Positions 7,780 to 15,506 are shown, counted from the stretch's first letter. The stretch: 64,000 bases of DNA from an uncultured Roseburia sp. (GCA_964495195.1 CAZBUW010000003.1:519-64518); one strand, 5' to 3'. The notes: generated from the sequence alone by a model not told the origin. Numbers and translations are program-made.

Positions 7780-10242
7780 ATGGAATGGGTATTGGGAACG
7801 GCATTTCTTGTGATTCTGTTTCTGTTGCTTTTGATGATACTGAATTTGATGAATGGAAACAGGAAAAATCAGTTACTAATGAAGAAGATGGAGGACAACG
7901 AGAAGACTCTGATGGAGGCAATCGGGTACTCTACGATAAAACTGTGGGTCTATTATCCGGATGAGAATAAGATGGTAATCGACCGGAAGTTTGCAGAGGA
8001 GACAGGTCTCCCGCGGGTGATTTACAATTGGTCAAAAGATTACATATGCAGGGGGATTGAGTCGAAAGAGGAGATTGACAAACTAAAGAATACATTTGAG
8101 CGTGTCGAGAAGGGGGAGGACACCGGAGAATGTGATGTGAGATTCCACATTCAGGGGGAAGATCACTGGTACCGCATCCGCATGTTTGCAAGTTACGATG
8201 AGAAGGGGCAGCGCTCTAAGATTATCGGAACTTCGTTCTGTATTGACGCACAGAAGAAAGTTGAAAAATTATATTTAGAACAGCTTCGTTTCAGCAATGA
8301 CATCAATGATGACAACCTTATTGCAAAGGGAAGATACAATCTAAATACAAATACAGTTGAATATTATATCCCGAGAAGCCAGAGTGCACTTGCGCTGTCG
8401 GAGATTGACAGTTATGACGGGTTCGTAACAAAAGTCAGCGCCCTGGCAGTGCATCAGGAGGACCGCAGCCAGATTGAGCGGATGTTTCAGCGGGAAGTAC
8501 TGATACGGGAGTTTACCGAGGGCATCACGACGGTATCCTATGAATATCAGCGCCGGCGCGAGGAGCAGGATACAATCTGGACATCCACGCGAATCAGAAC
8601 ATTCCAGCATCCGGAGACGGAGGAACTGGTGGCGTTTTCATACACCTACGATATCACACCGATTGTGATGGAGCAGAACATCATTTCACAGATTACGAAT
8701 TTTGAGTACGATTATCTGGCAATCCTCTATATGAAAAAGGGAACCTTTAAGATGTACAAGATCAAAAAGGGCGAGGAGGACACAATCGTATACCGCTACA
8801 AGGATTACCGCATGGGTATGGAGGAGATGATTCCGAAGATTGTCCCTCCGGAGGAACAGGAATATGCACTCGAGGCGACAAAATTAGAGACCATCCGGAA
8901 ACATTTAGACGAGGAGGGCAGCTATCAGTGTATGTTTGGAATTCAGGAGGCGGATGGCAGCCGGAGGCAGAAAAAACTGCAATACTGTTATCTGGATGAT
9001 ACGAGGGAGACTGTGCTTATCAGCCGCAGCGATGTGACGGATGTCTATGAGCAGGAGCAGATGCAGCTTGAGAAACTCTCTCATGCGCTGGGCGATGCGA
9101 AAAAAGCGAGTCTTGCCAAGACCGAATTTTTGTCCCGCATGAGCCATGATATCCGCACACCGATGAACGGAATCATCGGTCTGACAACATTGGCGAAGGA
9201 TGAACTCGACCATCCGGAGGTCATGCTCGACTACCTGAACAAGATTGACAGTTCCAGCCAGTTTTTGCTTGGTCTGATCAATGATATCTTAGATATGACA
9301 AAGATTGAGAGCGGTTCTGTCACAATCAAGAGAGAGCCGTATCCGCTCGAAGAGATGCTAAAGGAGATTGACACGCTGATTCGTCCGCTGTGTTACTCGA
9401 AGGACGTCAATTTTGAGATTAAAACGGAGGATTTAGTCTGCGACTGTGTGCAGTTCGACAAACTCCGCATGAATCAGATTTTGTTCAACCTGCTGTCAAA
9501 TGCGGTAAAATTTACGCCTCCGGGTGGAAAGGTGACGTTTGTCATCCGACATATTGCAAGGAAGGACAGCATTGTCAAGATTCAATTTATCGTCAGGGAC
9601 AACGGAATCGGAATCGGGGATGAATTTAAGAAACACATTTTCGAGCCGTTCTCGCAGGAGAAACAGACGGAGGAAATCCTGGGTACCGGTCTGGGGCTTG
9701 CAATCGTAAAGAATCTGGTCAGTCTGATGGGAGGAGAGATTACCGTGGAGAGCGAAACCGGTCACGGAAGTGAGTTTGTGGTGGAGCTTGAGACGGAGGT
9801 CTGCACGAATCCGGCTAAGAAGGAGGAGCAGGAGGCAGATATCGATGATTCATTGTTGAAGGGCAAGAAGGTACTGCTCTGTGAAGATCATCCGATTAAT
9901 ATGCAGATTGCAAAACGTCTTCTGGAGAAAAAGGGCATGATTGTGACCTGTGCGAAGAACGGACTCGAGGGAGTCAAAAAGTTCGAGGAGGGGCCGGAGG
10001 GTGCGTATGATGTTGTACTCATGGACATTCTGATGCCGGTCATGGACGGACTCGAGGCGACCCGCAAGATTCGCGCCATCGACAGAACGGACGCCAAACT
10101 GACGCCGATTATTGCGATGACAGCAAATGCTTTTCAGGAGGATGTCAGAAAATCTTTGGAGGCGGGCATGAACGGGCACCTTGCGAAACCGGTGGACCAC
10201 GTGGAATTGTTCCGCACCTTGAAATGTTGTATCAAAATTTGA
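7780..10242 (+). CDS. hybrid sensor histidine kinase / response regulator (TM, PAS-like region, HisKA, HATPase, REC)
   Basis: H-box SHDIRTPMNGI, ATPase boxes NAVKFTPPGG, DNGIGI, GTGLGLAIV, and a C-terminal receiver (VLLCEDHPINM .. VLMDILMPVMDG .. AMTANA .. LAKP). Confidence 0.85.
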   Translation: MEWVLGTAFLVILFLLLLMILNLMNGNRKNQLLMKKMEDNEKTLMEAIGYSTIKLWVYYPDENKMVIDRKFAEETGLPRVIYNWSKDYICRGIESKEEIDKLKNTFERVEKGEDTGECDVRFHIQGEDHWYRIRMFASYDEKGQRSKIIGTSFCIDAQKKVEKLYLEQLRFSNDINDDNLIAKGRYNLNTNTVEYYIPRSQSALALSEIDSYDGFVTKVSALAVHQEDRSQIERMFQREVLIREFTEGITTVSYEYQRRREEQDTIWTSTRIRTFQHPETEELVAFSYTYDITPIVMEQNIISQITNFEYDYLAILYMKKGTFKMYKIKKGEEDTIVYRYKDYRMGMEEMIPKIVPPEEQEYALEATKLETIRKHLDEEGSYQCMFGIQEADGSRRQKKLQYCYLDDTRETVLISRSDVTDVYEQEQMQLEKLSHALGDAKKASLAKTEFLSRMSHDIRTPMNGIIGLTTLAKDELDHPEVMLDYLNKIDSSSQFLLGLINDILDMTKIESGSVTIKREPYPLEEMLKEIDTLIRPLCYSKDVNFEIKTEDLVCDCVQFDKLRMNQILFNLLSNAVKFTPPGGKVTFVIRHIARKDSIVKIQFIVRDNGIGIGDEFKKHIFEPFSQEKQTEEILGTGLGLAIVKNLVSLMGGEITVESETGHGSEFVVELETEVCTNPAKKEEQEADIDDSLLKGKKVLLCEDHPINMQIAKRLLEKKGMIVTCAKNGLEGVKKFEEGPEGAYDVVLMDILMPVMDGLEATRKIRAIDRTDAKLTPIIAMTANAFQEDVRKSLEAGMNGHLAKPVDHVELFRTLKCCIKI

Positions 10243-10309
10243 GAAATATAAGAGCAAGTCTTGCTGCAATCTGCGGTAAGGCTTGTTTTTAAACGGAGAA
10301 CTTGTTGCG

Positions 10310-10948
10310 ATGACGGGAGAGAACATGGGAAGTGAACGAATCAATGTCAGGAATTTTCGATTGTGGCTTGAGACGGAGCGCGTGCTGCATCTCGCGGGCT
10401 GTACAAAGAAAAATCCTGTCTATCCGGGCTGGCGGGACACTTTACAGCGGCTCTGGAAAGAGAATTTAGGAATCTGGTACCCGCAGGCTTTTATACGGGA
10501 GATAGAGTTTTCGGAGGGGAGAAGCGGGTTGGCCTGTCTTTTTACCTTAGGCGGTGAAGTTACGAGAAAAATGGAAACACTTAAGGAAGGGGATATGGAG
10601 GAAGTCTATCTGCTCGACTGCCTGGCGAGCCAGCTGATGTTTCAGATGGACGAACAGCTGCAGGAGCGGATAAGGGAACTCTGCCGCAAAAAGCGCAGGG
10701 GAATTGCCGGTCGGCTCGAGGCGCCGGGGGACTATTCGTTTCAGGTGCAGGAGGCGATGCTCGCGGCAATCGGAGGAGGAGATCCACTCCCCGTGAAAAT
10801 AACGAGCGGGTCGATGCTTGTGCCGGAGAAGAGCATGCTGATATTTTACGAGTATGGAAATGATGAAAATTGTCTCAATGTGGAACACAATTGTGCGGAT
10901 TGCGGTAAGGCGGATTGTGTGATGCGAAAGCATAGGAGCGGAGAATGA
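10310..10948 (+). CDS. MetH reactivation-domain-like protein (vitamin B12-dependent methionine synthase activation region family)
   Basis: APGDYSFQVQEAMLAAIG..PVKITSGSMLVPEKSMLIFYEYG resembles the Met_synt_B12 signature as I recall it. C-terminal CADCGKADC. Start chosen at ATG10310; the track start is TTG10283. Confidence 0.55.
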   Translation: MTGENMGSERINVRNFRLWLETERVLHLAGCTKKNPVYPGWRDTLQRLWKENLGIWYPQAFIREIEFSEGRSGLACLFTLGGEVTRKMETLKEGDMEEVYLLDCLASQLMFQMDEQLQERIRELCRKKRRGIAGRLEAPGDYSFQVQEAMLAAIGGGDPLPVKITSGSMLVPEKSMLIFYEYGNDENCLNVEHNCADCGKADCVMRKHRSGE

Positions 10949-10970
10949 GAAAGTGAGGAGGGAGATGTGG

Positions 10971-12521
10971 ATGCACTTATCCATCAGGCAGGTGGGAAAG
11001 AGAGAAATCAGGCTCGAACACAGCGGGGAGAAGAACTGCTACGAACTTTTGGCGGAGCATGGAATCACATTTGAGGGAGCCTGCGGTGGAAGGGGGCGTT
11101 GCGGGAAATGCCGTGTCCGGTTCTGCGCGGGAGCACCGGATCCGAAAGCGGCGGAGATCTCCTTTTTTACGGAGGAAGAGCTTTTGGCGGGCTGGAGGCT
11201 CGCGTGCTGCTGCGGCTGGAGCGGGGACGCCGTCGTGGAGGTGGGAGAGACCCTGCCGGGGGAGATGAAAATTCTCACGGTGGAGAGTTCAGACATAAGC
11301 GGGAGTTCGCGTGCAGATGAAGAACCGGACGAAAACATATCCGGTGACAGCCTTGCCGTCGACATTGGGACAACTACAATTGCAATTGCTTTTTTTGACA
11401 GCGGGACAGGGAGAATCTGTGGCAGTGAGAGCTGTGTGAACAGCGGGAGAATCTACGGGATGGATGTGCTCTCGCGCATCGCCTCCGCCAACGACGGAAA
11501 AGCGGGCGAGCTGCAGAGAATGCTGAGGGATGATATCCTTGCGGGATGCCGCAGATTAGTACGGAAGCAAAATTCCGCACTCCCGAAAGTGAGGCGGGTC
11601 GCAATCTCGGGAAATACGACCATGCAGCATCTCCTGCTCGGCTATTCCTGCAAAAACCTCGGCTGCTATCCTTTTCTGACAGAACAGTTAGCGCCGAAGG
11701 ACCAGACTTTTGAGCAGGTGTTTGGAACGGCGGAGAGCGAAGCAATCGTGAGTTTTATGCCGGGCGTATCCGCTTTTATCGGAGGGGACATCGTCTCGGG
11801 GGTGTATGAGAGCGGCATGGCAGACTGCGGCAGCACGGCGATGCTTCTAGACCTCGGCACAAATGGCGAGATGGTCATCGGCGGAGGAGGCGGGATGAAA
11901 GCGACCTCCGTGGCGGCTGGACCGGCGCTTGAGGCGGGAAATATCACCTGCGGCGTTCCGGGGGTGCCGGGCGCTATCAGCCATGTGCACATCGAGGATG
12001 GTCGGGTGCGCTATGAGACCATCGGGAAAAGGACACCCATCGGCATCTGCGGGAGCGGTGTCCTAGAGATTGTCGCGGAACTGCTTCGCATTGGATTGAT
12101 TGATGCATACGGCACTTTCACAGGCGGAGAGAATCAAATTATAATTGTAAATGGAATTGCGTTTACCCAGAGCGATATCCGTCAGGTGCAGATGGCGAAG
12201 GCTGCCATCCGTGCCGGAATCGAGCTGCTGACGGAGGAGAGCGGGATTACGCCGGACAGGGTGGATAAGATCTATTTAGCGGGCGGATTCGGCTGTCAGA
12301 TGAGGGAGGAGACCGCCATCCGGCTCGGCATGATACCGCAGGAATGGAAAGGGCGCACCGTACCTCTCGGCAACTCGTCCTTAAAGGGGGCGATGCGGAG
12401 TCTCGTCTGCGACAGCGGACGAGAGCGGACTGCGGCGATTGCCCGCCGGATAGAGGAGCAGAATCTCGCACAGAACCTGAAGTTCGGGGAACGGTATTTA
12501 GCCTGCATGAATTTTTCTTAA
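10971..12521 (+). CDS. RACo-like corrinoid reductive activase (2Fe-2S ferredoxin domain + ASKHA/DUF4445 ATPase)
   Basis: CGGRGRCGKCRV ferredoxin motif, then actin-fold motifs AVDIGTTTIA, LDLGTNGE, GICGSG. ATG10971 lies 8 nt after AGGAGG (10957-10962); the track start is GTG10953. Confidence 0.75.
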   Translation: MHLSIRQVGKREIRLEHSGEKNCYELLAEHGITFEGACGGRGRCGKCRVRFCAGAPDPKAAEISFFTEEELLAGWRLACCCGWSGDAVVEVGETLPGEMKILTVESSDISGSSRADEEPDENISGDSLAVDIGTTTIAIAFFDSGTGRICGSESCVNSGRIYGMDVLSRIASANDGKAGELQRMLRDDILAGCRRLVRKQNSALPKVRRVAISGNTTMQHLLLGYSCKNLGCYPFLTEQLAPKDQTFEQVFGTAESEAIVSFMPGVSAFIGGDIVSGVYESGMADCGSTAMLLDLGTNGEMVIGGGGGMKATSVAAGPALEAGNITCGVPGVPGAISHVHIEDGRVRYETIGKRTPIGICGSGVLEIVAELLRIGLIDAYGTFTGGENQIIIVNGIAFTQSDIRQVQMAKAAIRAGIELLTEESGITPDRVDKIYLAGGFGCQMREETAIRLGMIPQEWKGRTVPLGNSSLKGAMRSLVCDSGRERTAAIARRIEEQNLAQNLKFGERYLACMNFS

Positions 12522-12623
12522 AAATGCATAATTTTCTCTTTCTTTCAAAGAATAAGAGTGTCATGTTCGGTGATACAATACGGGCGGCAAAAGGTGCCGC
12601 CGGGGGAAAAGAAAGGAGAAATT

Positions 12624-12812
12624 ATGGCACAGCAGATTTCAGAAAAAGAGTTATCCGCCCTGAATGATCTTCTGACGGAGGAGGAGCTTTTAATCAAGAA
12701 ATTCAAGATGCTCGCGCAGCACAGCACAGATCCGGAGATCAGTGCAAAATTTACGGAGATTTCAGACAAACATCAGGGACACTTCAATTCTCTTTATGCG
12801 CAGCTTCGCTAG
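12624..12812 (+). CDS. small spore coat protein (CotF-related N-terminal type)
   Basis: 62 aa. AAGGAGA RBS before ATG12624. Helical ..LNDLLTEEELLIKKFKMLAQH.. pattern, paired with the adjacent Coat-F gene as in other Clostridia. Confidence 0.55.
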   Translation: MAQQISEKELSALNDLLTEEELLIKKFKMLAQHSTDPEISAKFTEISDKHQGHFNSLYAQLR

Positions 12813-12844
12813 AGAATGTCAGATTGAGAAAGGACGGGAACAAT

Positions 12845-13114
12845 ATGCAGGAGATTTACAGTGAAAAAGAAATCTTAGCGGACGCTTTGACGGCGGAGAA
12901 GACCGCGACAGATCATTACAACACATTTGCGAACGAGTGTGTTCACACAAATGTCAGAGATGCCATCTTACACTGCTTAGAGCAGGAGCACAGCATCCAG
13001 CAGGACGTGTTTGAGATGATGCACACGAGAGGACTCTACCCGACGCCGGAGGCCGAGGAGAAAAAGGTGGAGAGCGCAAAACAGAAATTTTCAAGCTGCG
13101 TGAAGGCAATTTAA
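12845..13114 (+). CDS. Coat F domain spore coat protein
   Basis: EKEILADALTAEKTATDHYNTFANECVHTNVRDAILHCLEQEH is typical of the CotF family. ATG12845 follows AAGGACGGG. Confidence 0.65.
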   Translation: MQEIYSEKEILADALTAEKTATDHYNTFANECVHTNVRDAILHCLEQEHSIQQDVFEMMHTRGLYPTPEAEEKKVESAKQKFSSCVKAI

Positions 13115-13147
13115 CTCTTGTCAGATCAAATCTTTTTACAAAAGTTA

Positions 13148-13176
13148 TTGACAAACAGCATGGGTTAGTTTAAACT
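13148..13176 (+). promoter_or_regulatory. sigma-A-type promoter TTGACA-17-TAAACT
   Basis: TTGACA at 13148-13153, 17-nt spacer, TAAACT at 13171-13176. The only good promoter between the cotF-like gene and the Fur-like gene. Confidence 0.55.
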
Positions 13177-13184
13177 AACCCATG
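13159..13184. promoter_or_regulatory. perfect 26-bp palindrome (candidate operator) overlapping the promoter spacer and -10
   Basis: CATGGGTTAGTTTAAACTAACCCATG. The core GTTAGT-N4-ACTAAC (13164-13179) recurs at 13788-13803. Confidence 0.55.
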
Positions 13185-13202
13185 TAAATAACAAATTAAA
13201 AA

Positions 13203-13411
13203 TATGCGATTGCGAAACTCTGTTTTTCTCATTGTCCGTTGTGCAATACAGACAATATCCCGCAGGGCACGCGCTTGCTACTTGTCGCTCGTAGCGGTAC
13301 ATAAGGTGCCGGAATACGGCACCTAAGTACCGACGGCTCCAAAGTACCCTGCGAGAATATGTCTGTATTGTACAACGCCTTATGAAAAAATTAGAGTTTT
13401 GCAATCGCATA
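13203..13411 (+). mobile_element. copy A of a ~209-bp palindromic MITE-like element (no transposase)
   Basis: About 88% identical by hand alignment to the reverse complement of 40490-40697. Terminal inverted repeats TATGCGATTGCGAAACTCT / AGAGTTTTGCAATCGCATA. Long nested stems surround a conserved core. Confidence 0.75.
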
Positions 13412-13440
13412 TCAAAAAGAAAGGGAGAGGAGAATCACGC

Positions 13441-13728
13441 ATGGAAAATCAGATGGAGACGCAGAAGGAGAAAAGGGAAGGACAGAAGGAGCAGATTATC
13501 CGCCAGCTCCGGGAGAACGGGTGCAGGATTACCCAGCAGAGGCTTATTTTGCTGGATGTCATCTTAAATAACGAATGCACGAGCTGCAAGGAGATTTATT
13601 ACAGGGCGGGGAAAATTGACAAGAACATCGGATTTGCGACAGTTTACCGGATGATCAACACGTTGGAGGAAATCGGTGCCATCAACCGGAAGAACTGGTA
13701 TCGTGTGGACGAGGCATTCTGTTATTGA
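13441..13728 (+). CDS. Fur-family transcriptional regulator, DNA-binding (winged-helix) domain only, 95 aa
   Basis: GCRITQQRLILLDVIL..SCKEIYYRA...IGFATVYRMINTLEEIGAI matches the Fur/PerR N-terminal domain. The protein stops about 10 aa after the wing, with no His/Cys metal-binding dimerisation domain. GGAGAGGAG RBS before ATG13441. The track start TTG13399 lies inside the repeat element. Confidence 0.7.
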   Translation: MENQMETQKEKREGQKEQIIRQLRENGCRITQQRLILLDVILNNECTSCKEIYYRAGKIDKNIGFATVYRMINTLEEIGAINRKNWYRVDEAFCY

Positions 13729-13750
13729 GAAAAAAAGAAGAAGATGGGGC

Positions 13751-13779
13751 TTGCAAAAAGCGGCGGCCTCTTTTATAAT
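13751..13779 (+). promoter_or_regulatory. sigma-A-type promoter TTGCAA-17-TATAAT
   Basis: TTGCAA at 13751-13756 and TATAAT at 13774-13779. Confidence 0.5.
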
Positions 13780-13803
13780 AATTATTAGTTAGTTACAACT
13801 AAC
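13773..13803. promoter_or_regulatory. candidate operators: Fur/PerR-box-like 7-1-7 motif plus a second copy of the GTTAGT-N4-ACTAAC palindrome
   Basis: TTATAATAATTATTA (13773-13787) differs at one position from the PerR-type consensus TTATAATNATTATAA as I recall it. GTTAGTTACAACTAAC (13788-13803) matches 14/16 of the 13164-13179 site. Confidence 0.5.
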
Positions 13804-13833
13804 ACACATCAGCCACATTTTTGTACATACGAG

Positions 13834-13881
13834 AAAAGAAGCAATGCGGAGGATTCCACAGCCCGTTTTGCTTCTTTTTTT
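13834..13881 (+). terminator. intrinsic terminator-like hairpin with a long T tract
   Basis: AAAAGAAGCAA (13834-13844) pairs with TTGCTTCTTTT (13868-13878). The T run extends to 13881. Confidence 0.55.
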
Positions 13882-14011
13882 GTGCAATATACCATGTTTT
13901 TTAAGAAAAACATAATCTGTACTTTTATTTTTCATACATATGAGTTATAATGTATGAGATAGTTAAAAAATTAACGATTAATCTGAACAAAGATGAGTGA
14001 GGTAAAATACG

Positions 14012-15460
14012 ATGTATGCTGACGAAAATGTAATTCGAATCAAACATGACGTACTCCATGCAGTAGCGGAGCTCGCCTTCGCCGGTGAACTGGATGAAAA
14101 GAAAGAGTACATAGCAATGGATCTGATTCCTGGCCCGATGCCGCAGTTCCGCTGCTGTATTTATAAAGAGCGTGAGATTATCCGCCAGAGAGTGAGACTG
14201 GCAGAGGGAAAGGCGCCGGGTCCTGTCGATGACGGCAATGTGATTCAGGTCATCAGCTCCGCGTGCGAGGACTGCCCGATTTCAAGTTATACGGTGACAG
14301 AGAACTGTCAGAACTGTCTTGGAAAGGCATGTATCAACGCATGTAAGTTTGGCGCAATCGAAGCCGGACGCGAGCGTTCCCACATCGACCCTGCAAAATG
14401 TAAAGAGTGCGGACAGTGTGCAAAGGCTTGTCCTTACAATGCGATTGCACATTTAAAGAGACCTTGTAAATACAGTTGTCCGGTCAATGCGATTACATAC
14501 GACGAGCACGGAATCTCCGTAATCGACGAGAAGAAATGTATCCGCTGTGGAAAATGTATCCACAGTTGCCCGTTCGGTGCGATCGGATCGAAGACTTTTA
14601 TCGTGGATGTGATTGAGGCGTTGAAATCCGGAAAGAAAGTCTATGCGATGGCAGCTCCTGCAACGGAGGGACAGTTTGGAGCGGACATCACCATGAACAG
14701 TTGGAAACAGGCGATGAAAGAACTCGGTTTCGCAGGATTTATCGAGGTCGGACTCGGTGGGGATATGACGGCGGCATATGAGGCGGAAGAGTGGGCGGAA
14801 GCCTACAAGGAGGGCAAGAAGAAAGTGACTTCCTGCTGTCCGGCATTTGTCAATATGGTGCGCAGACATTATCCGGAACTCGCCGACAGCATCTCTACCA
14901 CAGTTTCTCCGATGTGTGCGGTATCCCGCATGGTGAAGGCAAAAGACCCGGAGGCAGTGACAGTGTTTATCGGACCATGTATCGCGAAGAAATCCGAGGT
15001 GGTTGACCAGCAGATTGAGGGAAATGCGGATTATGTTCTGACTTACAGTGAGATCCGCGCAATCATGAAGGCGAAGAACGTCATCTTAAAACCGGATGCA
15101 AACAGTTATCAGGAGTCTTCAGTCTACGGTAAGAGATTTGCACAGTCCGGCGGTGTCACGGCGGCTGTATTGCAGAGCTTAAAAGAGTCCGAGGATGAGA
15201 TTGATGCAAAGGTATGCCAGTGTAACGGCGCAGCGGAGTGTAAAAAAGCGCTGCTCTTATTGAAAGCCGGAAGACTTCCGGAGGACTTTATCGAGGGTAT
15301 GGTCTGCGACGGCGGATGTGTCGGAGGACCGAGTTCCTTCAACGATCAGTTCTCTTCAAAGAAGAGCAGGGAGGCTCTCATTGGACAGGCGGATGAGCGC
15401 GGAATCCATGAGAATCTTGACAACTACGATATGAATGCATTTTCGATGCATCGCGAATAA
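14012..15460 (+). CDS. monomeric [FeFe]-hydrogenase-family protein (two 4Fe-4S ferredoxin motifs + H-cluster domain)
   Basis: CKECGQCAKACP and CIRCGKCIHSCP. H-cluster motifs VTSCCPAF, FIGPCIAKK and EGMVCDGGCVGGP. GAGG RBS before ATG14012. Confidence 0.8.
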   Translation: MYADENVIRIKHDVLHAVAELAFAGELDEKKEYIAMDLIPGPMPQFRCCIYKEREIIRQRVRLAEGKAPGPVDDGNVIQVISSACEDCPISSYTVTENCQNCLGKACINACKFGAIEAGRERSHIDPAKCKECGQCAKACPYNAIAHLKRPCKYSCPVNAITYDEHGISVIDEKKCIRCGKCIHSCPFGAIGSKTFIVDVIEALKSGKKVYAMAAPATEGQFGADITMNSWKQAMKELGFAGFIEVGLGGDMTAAYEAEEWAEAYKEGKKKVTSCCPAFVNMVRRHYPELADSISTTVSPMCAVSRMVKAKDPEAVTVFIGPCIAKKSEVVDQQIEGNADYVLTYSEIRAIMKAKNVILKPDANSYQESSVYGKRFAQSGGVTAAVLQSLKESEDEIDAKVCQCNGAAECKKALLLLKAGRLPEDFIEGMVCDGGCVGGPSSFNDQFSSKKSREALIGQADERGIHENLDNYDMNAFSMHRE

Positions 15461-15468
15461 GAATTAAG

Positions 15469-15506
15469 AAAGAACGTGTCTTTTTCAAGGAGGGCACGTT
15501 CTTTTT
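15469..15506 (+). terminator. intrinsic terminator after the hydrogenase gene
   Basis: AAAGAACGTG / CACGTTCTTT stem followed by a T run. Confidence 0.75.

Noticed and set aside
12549-12580. Sporulation sigma-factor promoter upstream of the cotF-like genes (TCATGTT and GATACAATA resemble sigma-E/K elements; GAATA-N17-GATACAA resembles sigma-G)
   Set aside because: The spacing between the sigma-E-like boxes is only 4 nt. No AC lies at the sigma-K -35 position. The sigma-G match is 5/7 and does not suit coat genes.
13275-13303. Possible internal promoter in the invariant core of the element (TTGCTA-17-TACATA)
   Set aside because: The -10 lacks the invariant final T. In copy B it would fire antisense into the purA 3' end. 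Too weak to call without data.
13192-13422. Target-site duplication for copy A of the palindromic element, and the TA dinucleotides at both ends of both copies as a mariner-like TA duplication
   Set aside because: Flanks CAAATTAAAAA and TCAAAAAGAAA share only A-rich similarity. In copy B the 11-bp repeat lies outside the TA, so TA is better read as the element terminus. A 2-bp match in AT-rich DNA is not evidence.
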